A stretch of 63,313 bases of DNA, the filler included, from Octopus bimaculoides (lineage: Eukaryota), in assembly GCF_001194135.2 (NCBI RefSeq). It is 6 parts of 6 records of this genome, joined end to end, with 100 filler letters (N's around TTAATTAATTAA, not from the genome) between each part and the next. Parts side by side here need not be neighbours in the genome. Positions count along the whole stretch, not along the records: positions 9,630 to 33,199 come from NC_068983.1; 5 more parts are not named here. The stretch is one strand, 5' to 3'. Position numbers and translations under genes: made by a program. Of this stretch, positions 14,076 to 26,301 are shown in pieces (within the stretch, counting starts at the first letter, position 1; every line of letters starts with the position of its first letter). A model generated the notes under the pieces. It had not been told where the DNA came from. It ran no database searches and saw only the letters and a list, made by a program, of their open reading frames with translations.

Positions 14076-14664
14076 AGAAAATATGTAAAAATACAGTGTA
14101 AATTACTCGCCAACATAAAGACATAACTTACTAATGACATATTCATCCATCAAAGTTTCGAGACTAGCATTAATATCTATGGGAATCACAGTGATCTTTC
14201 ATGATATCTGCAGGCTGCAACAAATAAACCTCACTACAATCTTACGAGGAAATAATATTCTAATAAACATTGAAGAATGAGTTAGCTATTTTATTAGAGT
14301 GCTATCTGGGTTTATCAAAGCAATGGTGTATCTTGTAGTGTCTATTTCTTTTATATCTCTTGACTATGATCACTTTCATCCTAGATTGTAAATGAGAATT
14401 ATTATTTCATAAACATTGTTTTAAAATTCATCATAAATATAAACTATCAAATTCAAATACATTTGCATTGGGATTCATTAACCCACAAAAGAGTACCAGA
14501 AGTGCATTCTAGTCACCAAATCCAGCCAATACACATACCAAATAGCCACACACACACTCACCTACTTATCCATCAATCTGTCTATCTTATTATCTATCAA
14601 TCAATCAATCAATCAATGTATCTATCTATCTGTTTGTCTGTATGTGTGTGTCTCTCTCTCTCCC

Positions 14665-14695
<31 letters not shown>

Positions 14696-17039
14696 CTGTA
14701 TATGTATATATATANNNNNNNNNNNNNNNNNNNNNNNNNNNNNNNNNNNNNNNNNNNNNNNNNNNNNNNNNNNNNNNNNNNNNNNNNNNNNNNNNNNNNN
14801 NNNNNNNNNNNNNNNNNNNNNNNNNNNNNNNNNNNNNNNNNNNNNNNNNNNNNNNNNNNNNNNNNNNNNNNNNNNNNNNNNNNNNNNNNNNNNNNNNNNN
14901 NNNNNNNNNNNNNNNNNNNNNNNNNNNNNNNNNNNNNNNNNNNNNNNNNNNNNNNNNNNNNNNNNNNNNNNNNNNNNNNNNNNNNNNNNNNNNNNNTATA
15001 TATAGTTTCTTTATACTTAATTAATTTTTATAGTTTATTCTAAGGAAACGAACTTGGTAAATTGTATCGAAAATTGTCCAGCGGTTCAATACTTCCTAAC
15101 GATTTCATTTTGTATAAAGTTGACAAATATGCACATAAATACAACATACGCACACGCACATGGAAATTCATATACGCGTGTCTTTGTGTGACGACATGAT
15201 TGTAGGTGTACATAAGTATGTGTATGTCTATATTAAGCTACAATAACGTAGCTTAGTAGACCTCAAAATGTGGCTCCTCTTATGAGAGCAATGATCTGAA
15301 ATCCGAATGTATTGCAGATAACAATCTCAAACTATTACGTTACGTTTCTTACATAGTCAGCTCAGTTTTGTTTTTCCACAAATGGATGCTCCTATTTAAA
15401 AGTGTTATTTCTATCATTAGTGATTTCTCCTGCATCAGATTTTATTCTATCTTCACATTCTGTATATCTCTTTTAATTCCCTTCTCGTTCCTTCTGTATC
15501 CATACACATCTCTTGTTTTTCTGTAGCTATTTTATTGTACTCTTATGTAACTAAGATGGGACAATACATAGTAGTTTAATAGAATTAGATCTCTTCAAAC
15601 AATAGCCCGAATAAATTCCACCATTTTTTTTATTGACAGTCAAATATTTTTTTTCTTTTTGATGCTAAAGAATCTAATAAAAAATTGCAAGGCAGAAAAA
15701 TCTTGAGTCTTATTTTAAGATACAAACACGCCAATCAATACCATGGTTATCTATCAATTGCTAACGGATAGATTTAGTTCCAAACAAATTATAATCGAAT
15801 ATAATATATTGTTAAATAGAAACTAATCGATCGAATTAACATCATGAAAGTACTATATATGAATCAATTTTATGAATTCAAACATATCTTGTTGGTAGAT
15901 CAAATGAAATACCAAGATATATATAAAACAAAATGTAATAATAAAAGGCCCCTTTAATTTAAATACTCAGATTCCGGTAAAAATACTGCAATCAGTTTAA
16001 TGCAAATAACAATAGAAATACATTCGTACAAACTGAAAATATTCCAAGTAGTGTCTCATAAAATTCAATATCGGTTATTCAAACATCATAGTCTTCATTT
16101 TTGCTATCATTCCCTGTAATACATCCATCATAAAGTGTTGCAAAAATTAATTAAAACGTCGTTTTATTATCGAATATATCTCACTTGTCTATATTTCTCA
16201 TGTGTAAACACAAGATTAATATCGAGACGAAATAAAATTCATAGAATTACTCATTATACGTTTGTTTTATATTTGTATTTTTTAATTAATTTTTTCTTCT
16301 TAAATTGAAGTCTTGAAATAGAAAGATATTAAATATGGCGGCTTTTCATTGCATATAATAAACATTTATTGGTAAAATTGATGGTATTGAACTCCAATAA
16401 AATTATTTATTATTGAATAACCAGATATGAATTAAAAATAGTGATGTTGTCAAAGAAGTGTAATGCATATTATTGAGTGCAGATCGTGGTCTAATATTGC
16501 ACATATCGATAAATGTATACCTAATAATTTGCGCGTAAGATTTACAATTTTTAAAGTTAATTTACATCACTGTTTCTCCATTCTATCTCTATTTGGATAT
16601 AAATGTGCTGGTATATCTATATATCTATGTGCATATTTTTTATATGCGCAAATTTATGTGTAGGTATACATTCATTCATTCATTCATTCATGCATGCATG
16701 CAAACATATATGCATATATTCATATATAGATACATATATGCATACATACACACACGCACACATGCATACATACATACATACATACATACATACATACATA
16801 CATACATACATACATACATACATACATACAATGGAACTCGGTCAGAATTTCTGGACAGAAATATAACGTTTTCTGGTAAACTGAACCTCCACGCTTATAG
16901 AATTATAGCGTATGTGGTTGAATATTCCTATACATGTGTACATTTAATGCAATTCTCAAATGCATCAATTTCTCTCTCTGATACACCTTCAAATCAGATG
17001 CACAATCTCTTAACGGTCTTCCAGGTATATATATCCCTT

Positions 17040-17235
17040 TTACTCTTTTACTTGTTTCAGTCATTTGACTGCGGCCATGCTAGAGCACCGCCTTTAGTCG
17101 AGCAAATCGACCCTACGACCTATTCTTTGTAAGCCTAGTACTTACTCCATCGATCTCTTTTGCCGAACCGCTAAGTTACGGGGATGTAAACACACCAGCA
17201 TCGGTTGTCAAGCGATGCTGGTGGGACAAACACAG

Positions 17236-17271
<36 letters not shown>

Positions 17272-17545
17272 ATATATATNNNNNNNNNNNNNNNNNNNNN
17301 NNNNNNNNNNNNNNNNNNNNNNNNNNNNNNNNNNNNNNNNNNNNNNNNNNNNNNNNNNNNNNNNNNTATATATGCATATATACGACGGGCTTCTTTCAGT
17401 TTCCGTCTACCAAATCCACTCACAAGGCTTTGGTCGGCTCGAGGCTATAGTAGAAGACACCTGCCCAAGGTGCCACGCAGTGGGACTGAACCTGAACCCA
17501 GAACCATGTGGTTGATAGCGAGCTACTTACCACACAGGCACTCTT
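17040..17545 (-). mobile_element. Bipartite SINE, family A (reverse orientation)
   Basis: Reverse complement of the element at 2886-3400 and 35148-35500, including the internal microsatellite and gap. Confidence 0.8.
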
Positions 17546-17854
17546 GATATATATTTCCAACATGTATATACTTACAACTCATACTTCTCGAGGTTTTACG
17601 AAATGTCACTTCTCTGTGATTCAAAATATTGTGATCTAAATATTTCACTCATGATTCCAAGGCTACCTCCCTATTCGGCAATACTGTACCTAAAACATAC
17701 ATACACATGCGCGCGCACAAACACACGCACACACAAACTCCCCCCCACACACACAAACACACAAATACACACACACACAAACGTATATACGTATGTATGT
17801 GTATGTATGGCTCCATGGAATGATAGCTGGATAGTTCGGCGTATAAATGGACAA

Positions 17855-17902
<48 letters not shown>

Positions 17903-18256
17903 GTATGCATGTATTTATTTATACCACTCAGATACACACACTTGAGTATACATGCATTTGTGCATGTGCAATATGACTCGCTGTGTGTACGAGCATAATC
18001 ATTGAAATACAATTTAGTGCATATTAGGATAATGACTGTCATTTTCATACTTTATTAAACTATAATCCTGCAAAATAAAGATGCCAGAAATAAGATCATC
18101 CTGCCAAAATTTTACAATTGAAAATTATTTTTTCAACGAATGGAGTGAATTAAGTGTTGTATTCTTTTTTTATCTATAGATAACTTTGTAAATATTTTCC
18201 TAGGCATCTCCTCTCTCGTCAATTCAATCTATTTAATTATATGCATACATAAACAT

Positions 18257-21078
18257 TAAGGTGACACTTAGTAATAGGTAACTTGGGGAAAATCAAAATT
18301 CTGCTGCTCCCACTACCTAACCCTGTTGCAATCAACAAAAAACAGAGCATGCAAAATTTCAGCTCAATCGTATAACTGCTAGGCGACCTTCAAAGGCCTT
18401 GATATTAGAACGATTGATTCTGTTCAAAACCGGTATACTATACCCTATCTCGACCCTTTTCTTTTTTCTTCGTAGAGAAATTCATGTGGACACATTCCGA
18501 CATCCTCAGCAAATGTTTAAAAACGTCCTAAATCAATTTTAGTTAAAGCTAATTTGAAATAAATTCCTGAATTAACATGACAAAATTAAGAAATATTAGG
18601 TCTCCTTAATAAACCACACAACTTCTAAAAGGGAAACACATTTTTATTTACAAAAATAATTTCTATACTATCAAAAACAGAATGTGAACATTGAACACTG
18701 AATATTGAATATTAGTTTTGCATAAGTGGGGATTTAGTGGTAGTTGGGTATGTTGTACGGTTTTCGGTAACGATTTGTAAAACAAATTGTTTCTGAGTTT
18801 CATCTTTTGTGAGAATGTTGTTGTAATCCTGTATGAATTTGGTACTTCCTTCTGCAGCATCATTCACAACAACTGTCTTCTCAAGTTTTTCTAATCCTTT
18901 TATATAACCAGGATCATCCTTCCATATTGAAGGGTCTCTGTCGAGGAAATCGGTGCTGTCGAGGAAATCGGTGCTGATAGAAAATATCATGAAGAACGTT
19001 TTTTTCCCCCAGGAGTTACAATAGACGAAAACCCATGTTTGTAAAGGATGAAAAGTCATGTTGGTGCAGAATGTACCTGTTTAGTTACTTCGTCTTCTTC
19101 ACCTTTATCTGCTTCCAGCATACCTGGAGCAATACTTGCCTTAACCTCTGATGGAACATTGTCATCAAATACGGATAGAGCCACAATTTCGGGAGGTAAG
19201 TACCACAGATAGTTAGAAAACTCTTCCGCAGCAGCCTTACTGATTTCTGGATGAATATCGTGATAATTTATCAGTTGAAACATGAATAAGAAATCATGAT
19301 AAGGTGTTTTAATTGCTTCTGATGACGAAAACTGACTCGAACGTACACTCGCGCAACAAAAATACATAGATCTCCTCCGCAGGAGACAGCTGTATTTGAT
19401 TTTGAACAGGTATATCTTGTATGCATAAATTGCTTTTGACATCCACCTAATGATATACAGCTTCTGGTGTACGAATCGATATCCCGTTCTTCAGAATTCC
19501 GCCACGAAAGATCATCGTTAACTCCAACAATTCTCGGTAATCATCTCACTGTTGTTTCTGCATAGAAAGGTAGTATTCCAGAAATCCAAGAATGGTAGAG
19601 CGGGCATCGTCAGGCACTTCATTGCTACCTTCTTGTTCGGATTCGTCCAGGTATCTCTAAATCTTTTGAAAAGTGCCAGATCTGAACCAGACGTTGTACT
19701 CATCAATGAGTCGAAACAGCTCCTAAAAACCAACTACAAAAAGTGATGACGGCAGGTAAGTACAACAGGTCGCGTTTGAACATTATTTTCTAGATTTGTG
19801 CAGACACCATTTACTCAACCTCTGTTGCTTGGTATCGTATCACAGTTAAGTGCCTGAATTTCGTCGGTTATAGCCATGGCTTGCTGTTCTCCTGAAGATG
19901 TTGGAATTTCAGAAACACCCAATAATTGCTTCTTGCCTTGAAAAGTTACTATTATTGCCAGTCAATCAAGCTTTTCAACGCCTGTGAGTACTGGGAATTT
20001 TCCTTCATTTGTGCTACATTTCTGTGTGTATGTAATTTTTTTCTAAGACGTTGAAAAGAAGGTCGATTTATTACCAGGTTTACAGTATCACGTCCGAAGC
20101 TTTTGCAGCAGCCATTAATATGTAAACCCCATTTTTGTCAGTGATTTTGTACCTCAGACGGGGAATAAAAATCTGCAATATACCTCAAGTTGCTGGAACT
20201 GTTGCTGCTGCTGTGGTTGTTGCTGCTATTTGCTGAATGAAGACAGAGGAATTTTCACTGACGGTACCACCACCACCAGAATTGTGACTGCTTCATATTG
20301 AATCATCAGTTTCTGACGTAGCAAACTGATGAATAGTGAAATTATGTTCCATTTCTTCATAAGGCCTGTTTTTACTAACAATGTGCTTCAGTGCACTTTC
20401 TTCTTTGTGCTTTAGCTTTTGATCTATATCAACCATGGTGCCCGGTCGTACATTTTGGTGCTGAAGCATTCAGAAATTCTTATCCACTTCAATTTTCATC
20501 TGACTCAAAACATCTGAATGAGCTCTGTCAAAGAGATCGTCCATCATTTCCGTCGAACGTTTGCCTGTAGTTCTAGTGAAATTTTTCTGTAAACCATTTA
20601 TCATAGAATTTGATTACCTTATCAACGAAGTGGTCAGATCTTCTGGTATGAATTCGTGCTCTTTGCGAAAAAAATGGAACTTCTTGAATTACTAATGCTG
20701 CACTCTACATCGTTGTAAAAATTACAACTCTTACACTGTACATAAAAAGAAAAACACGCTTTAAACTCACCAATTCCCACGATTTGATTGGACATGGAGC
20801 CTGCAAGACACACATGAAAATCTTTTCTTAGCTTGACCAACCTGAACACGAGGATGCCATTTCACAGGTCTAGGAAGAACACATCACAGAAGTCACTTCG
20901 CACCCGCACAAACAAAAGAAAAAAGGAAGAAATAGCTATCGAAGGCATTATATTTGGTCACAAAATAAGTATACAAAGCACATAACATTATAAAAACTGA
21001 GAGGTTATAAACATGGTGTTGCAACTTTGTCAGGGCTACCAACACAACATGGGGAGATCTATATCCTAATGCCCCATA
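18257..21078 (-). mobile_element. Decayed DNA transposon, hATm-like
   Basis: Minus-strand remnants include MMDDLFDRAHSDVLSQMKIEVDKNF*MLQHQNVRPGTMVDIDQKL, FSNYLWYLPPEIVALSVFD and VVNDAAEGSTKFIQDYNNILTKDETQKQFVLQIV. The termini TAAGGTG and (reverse complement) TATGGGG resemble TAGGG-type hATm ends. No TSD is recognisable and the subfamily assignment is an inference. Confidence 0.6.
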
Positions 21079-21526
21079 ACAAAATGTATGAGTGCTTACA
21101 ATTTATTACGAATAAAGTAACTTATATTTACAAACGCGGATAAGTCATATCAGTTCACTGTTTATCACTAACGTATATTACTTAATATTGTATTTCTCTA
21201 CACTAATATTAGGTGCATTACAATTCTTTCAACGAACGGACGCAACTCACAACCTCATTCACTCACGGCTGCCCGCCGCGTGGATGACGATGAAAAGTAG
21301 ATGACAGCGAAATGTACCTGGGCTCTGTCCCCAGCTTTGGAAGTTGTCTTCGCCATTATATTTATTGTCACTTATTCTTCTGATACCAAGAATAAGCCTG
21401 AAGCAGTTTTTAATTTAAGAAAAAATTGTATAAGAGATAATTTTTTATCTGAAAACATGACATATATATATATATACATACGTACAAACATACCTGCACA
21501 CACACGCACACGCTCACCCATACATA

Positions 21527-21576
<50 letters not shown>

Positions 21577-21890
21577 CGTGAACGTCAATGCATATGCTTG
21601 AGCGTATACGTGTTTGTCCGCGTGCGTGCGTGTGTAATGCTGTACTAGTTATTGCAATTAATTAAAATTAACATATGCAGGTTGTTTCATATATTTTGTA
21701 TCTTTTAACAAATTGTATTAATCCATTATATATTTACTTGTGGCATATATATTATGGAGTAAAGGTGTAATCTCGGTAATCTACGTGCATTAATATATTC
21801 TGCCTATTGCATTTTCGGTTGAATATATGTAAACTCCACTGTAATTGTCAATGGATGTTTTCCCATCTAGATTCTGAAGTATATTATTAT

Positions 21891-22026
21891 CCCTTTGAGC
21901 CTGTAACACCGGTTTACCGGTGGATGGCTTACTTTTCTCTCTACCGTACCACCACTCCATACCATGGCGCCGGTGGAGTGCCAGGTATATGGTAAAATAA
22001 GGTTCTGGAGGTCAGGGCTCAAAGAG
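21891..22026. mobile_element. 136-bp piggyBac-type MITE
   Basis: Terminal inverted repeats CCCTTTGAGCC / GGCTCAAAGAG, flanked by TTAT (degenerate) and TTAA. Confidence 0.65.
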
Positions 22027-22386
22027 TTAATGTCAATTTGACGCCTTACATACAACCTTTTTATAGTATATTTTGGCTCGAAATAATAATGTCGGCCGTA
22101 TTACTTCTTTTTTTCAACTTTTTTCCTCATTATATGATATTTCAATGCATATAAAAGAATACCATTATATTTATTGGTTGTTTAAAATTTGTCGTATGTA
22201 TTTTTTGCCTTATTACTCAAGGTACACGATCATAGCTCATAGTTGATAATTAAGAATGATATTATGTTCATGTTGCGCATATGCAGCGTATAACAGCAAC
22301 TGTTATAACTCTTTGTTATTTTATCCAGAAGATACTTTGCATACGTTTCTTGTATGGAGCCTAACTTGAAAGTGATATATCATAAA

Positions 22387-23413
22387 ATGAGAGTATTGCA
22401 TGCTAGGATCGTAGTGTGCTTTATTCCCACTCTAGTGGTTGTTTGTTTCATCCAGATACGTCAAAACGTTTTCAGTGTGGTAATTACTTTTCTTTTTTAT
22501 TGGGGATGAATGTGTTAATGTAGTATGTAGGAATTCCCAATAATGTTTGTTGGGAAACTAAGGATGTTTTTCACCACGTTTTTCCTCAATTACTGCCGCA
22601 ATGTCATTTTTCTTCTGTCAATCAACCAACATATTTGCAGTGTTATACTTTCTTCTACATATCACACTTCGTTGTTACAAGATGGATCTTTCATGCTAAT
22701 GATATGTATTTTCGTGAGCAGCGTTCTTCTTTAGAAGAAAATTTATTCTGCCTAGATCTCCAATAAAGCTCATACTTTGGGAAACCATTTCATTACTGGA
22801 TTCCTAGTTCTTAGAATCACGTTGGCAATTTCTGGCAAATTCACCTCCCATCTTTTATCACTGGATAAAATAATTACCAATCCAAAGCAATGGATTGGTG
22901 CAAATATAAATCTATGGATATTATACTTTGCTGTATGGTTCTGGCTTTTAGTTTTCAGAGTCGATATTACTTCAAGGCCGATATGCTAGTAAACCTAATC
23001 CCATGTTCAATATTCATCCGGTTTTACAGCAGTATGCCAGTCTCTTAAAAGTATTAAATCAAGATGTATGTTTTGAAGATAAATTTCTGCCTCCTACCAC
23101 CACCGAGTTTGGAAGACCTGATTTATATCGTTATTCAATAAGTTGGAATAAACTCACTTGATTAAAAGACCAATATAAGACTCGAATAGGACACGCATTT
23201 CAAAAACACATTGTTAAAATGTCTACTGAAAACATTGGGAAATAGGAATATTACAGAGCTTTTTTTCACTCTAAGAATTTTGCTACTAACATTAATGTGC
23301 TAAAAAATGATCTGACTTTGAGGCATGTGTCATGTTTTATCCACCGCAGGTCTGACTTCAAGAACACCTTGCTAGTGGGACAGGGTGGAGGATACTTCAT
23401 GGAAGACCGTTAA
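22387..23413 (+). pseudogene. Decayed ~340-codon reading frame, family uncertain (possible type II membrane, PA14/glycosyltransferase-like)
   Basis: Stop-depleted frames: 22524-23048 has 3 internal stops in ~175 codons, and 22952-23413 has 2 internal stops in ~154 codons. Roughly 11-13 stops per frame would be expected at this AT content. An AAAATG-initiated hydrophobic N-terminus MRVLHARIVVCFIPTLVVVCFIQ starts at 22387. Confidence 0.5.
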
Positions 23414-25929
23414 TAGGGAGTGCCGATTCAATAGGCTTTCTTTAAGATTGCGTATCTCTGAAAGTAAAGGCTATTTTTTGTAACTTTCTCAAACCATAAT
23501 TCAACATCAGTTCAACTAATATACATTTATATACATCGCATACAATATATCATTAAAAAGCAATTACCCGTGATTACCTCTCAATATGCTGAAATGCACA
23601 GCTAATCAAAAGACAGATTGAATGATATTGTACGTGAAATAAGTACAGTATTTAATATTCCGTAAATTTCACGCACAAATAAATAAACAGAAAAACCTGC
23701 ATTTCTGCCATAAAATTATCCATAAACTCACTGAAAATATACCGCTTTATATTTGAAGTGTGCAAATTATACTGTGAGTATTAGATGTTTCAACATCGCA
23801 CACACAAAATAATGCATTTTAAATATTCATGAATTCCTTCAATAAGACTACAAATAATCATGAGGCACTGAACCATGCGAAAAATTTCAATATATATATA
23901 TATATATATATTTATATTTTCCGATTTTAACATATACCTCCAACACGCAAACCCTTACATATAATGATGTATGCTCACTACTAGCATATTATTAGAGTCT
24001 AACTACAAATATAATTGCAGAAGGAGTATGGTAAGGACACGTAAAAGATTTCAGTACCTAACAAATAAGGTTATAAGTAGACTGACAATGGTCGGTCAGC
24101 AATCCAATTTGTAACACAGCGATGGCGTTCTGATAATATTTGCCGAATATAAAACGCGGCAGATAACCAAATGAGAAAACCTTATTATTTATTCACGGTC
24201 AAAAAACGGGTAGAATCTAATATTATCATTGGCATGAACAGTAGCCCCAATATCAGAAAATAATAAAAAAAATCAGAGAAAACAGATATACGAATCTAAA
24301 ATAAAATGTATATCTATACTGCTGGATTTATAAAGGCCCATATCTGAATTGAGCCCAATGTACATTTCATAGGATAGTGAGCAAGCAATACTGTTAGCAC
24401 ATCGGGCAAATTGCTTAGCAAATTTCATCAGTTTTTACGTACTGAGTTCAAATTCTGCCAAAGTCAGCTTTGATTTTGATAATTTCAATGTCGATGGGAA
24501 AAGCACTAGTAGACTACTTGGGGTCAATATAATTGAAAAAAAAACCCTCCCCGATATTACTAGGCTGGAGCCAAAATTTGAGCCCACCATATTTAAACTT
24601 CATATTTGCGGATCTATGTAATTATGTATACGGTAATAACCGAAAGCGGGGATATTCCCAGTACCAATTACAATGTCTAATTCTCTCAGACGAAAAATGA
24701 AATCTTGACTTAGGACTTAAGAGAAGGCACAAGCAAATTCATTCACAAGACAATAGTACAAATAAATACGTGTGGAATCGAAACATGTCAATCGTTTGGT
24801 CAGATGAGTGGTAAGCTGCAAATATATGATCCAGACATGCCCTGATTTCATTGGCTGGTAGTTGAGCAGTGGACGTGCATGCATGCACTAGTGCACATGT
24901 GTGTGCACGCGTGCGGTGTGTGAGATGTTTTGAAGGCATCAATGTAGAAGTTTAATGTGTGAAGTTATAGAAATTTTCTGAAAGATTATCCAATGAAATT
25001 AAGGCATCTGCGATTGGTCATTCTGCACGTTAACAGAATCTTGTAGACGTAAAGATGACATAAAATGTATTATCCTTACGGAGGCAACATGGAGCATTTA
25101 ACAATGTTTGTTCGTGACATTGGAAATGTTAAATGATTAGGAAAATTACCAGTGATTGCCTAATTGGCGTTAGCGCAGCTCGTGAAGCTAGAGGACTCAA
25201 TATTACTCGTTTTCATCGTTACATCGCGTATTTTCACTTCAAATCTAATATGGTTGAAGGATAAGGGTAGCATAATTCAAAAAGGCAAAGCTGTCATATT
25301 ATTTAGATTCAAGAACATTGTGTAGACCCAAATATATAACGTTAGGGTTTTAAACCCACATATGCTTCAAGTTTTGACAAAAATAACCGGATTATCCAAT
25401 CTGAGGACTTAACCCCCTTTTTCATGAGTGATATGGTGGATAAGACGGCCTAAATTTCTTTAGTAAGTTGAGGCCCTCGTGAGAATATCCTCTATCTTAA
25501 AAGACTGATATAAGATCCTAAACCTTCGATAAAATTAAAGATCATGTAGTAACGTAACTCAAATCTGAACTCGAAAAGTATTTGCAATTTAAGATGGTAT
25601 ACACTGATAAGTTAAGCCTTGCATGTAAGTACTAATTTGTATAAATGTAGTTTGATTGTCAATATATCTATGGTTATGCATGAAATACTGAATACAAAAT
25701 GCTTGAGAAATAAAATGCACTTACCTGTTTAACACATGAGACGTTGGGGAATTAAATCAACGACTTGAAATAATAGGTTTTAGCAAATGAAAAAGATTTG
25801 TATTGAAATGCAGAATTAACAAATGCGTGCTAATGAAATTACCGTTAATAAGATGTCTGCTTATACACATGAAACATTTTTCATTGCGGTTCTACATTTT
25901 TGTTGATCAGTTAATTTAAAACCATCTTA

Positions 25930-26301
25930 CGCTTTGCTTGAGTGGCCCAGGTAAAATTTTATTTGTTGCAACCCAACCAATCCTTAGCGCATATTCCATC
26001 TGTGTATAAAATTTCCAGAAGATCATTTGAAAACTTTAAAGAGTATGGCAGAAAATAACATTCATATGAGAATTTGCATTAAAATATCCGACTGATTTTT
26101 GAAAAATCGATCCTGATTGAAAATTAACGCTTTCTTAAAAATTCCAAGTGCATATGTGACCACGTTGACATAAACTCCACAAACGTGTCATGTTTCTTCA
26201 AGATCGGTTAGATAGTCTCGGAGTAGATAAAGTAAAAATAAAAATCACAAACACACACACACAGACACAAACAGACAGAAATTGCCGTTTATGTATATAG
26301 A
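25930..26301 (+). mobile_element. Possible non-autonomous Helitron/Helentron-like element end
   Basis: Ends in (CA)n-CAGACAGAAATTGCCGTTTATGTATATAGA, the layout of HINE/DINE-type 3' ends. The 5' boundary is not defined. Confidence 0.3.

Noticed and set aside
11831-14190. Several apparent acceptor/donor pairs (11831-11921, 13274-13641, from 13711, and 14110-14187 on the minus strand)
   Set aside because: They are mostly closed in all frames or give no recognisable protein, and such splice-like pairs are expected by chance in AT-rich DNA.
24648-24659. NF-kB-like site GGGGATATTCCC (also GGGAGATCCC at 52036-52045)
   Set aside because: About one or two such matches are expected by chance in this much sequence, and neither is close to the IL-17-like exon.
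25719-25727. Perfect minus-strand donor CAG|GTAAGT
   Set aside because: No open upstream exon, and a single consensus 9-mer is near chance expectation.
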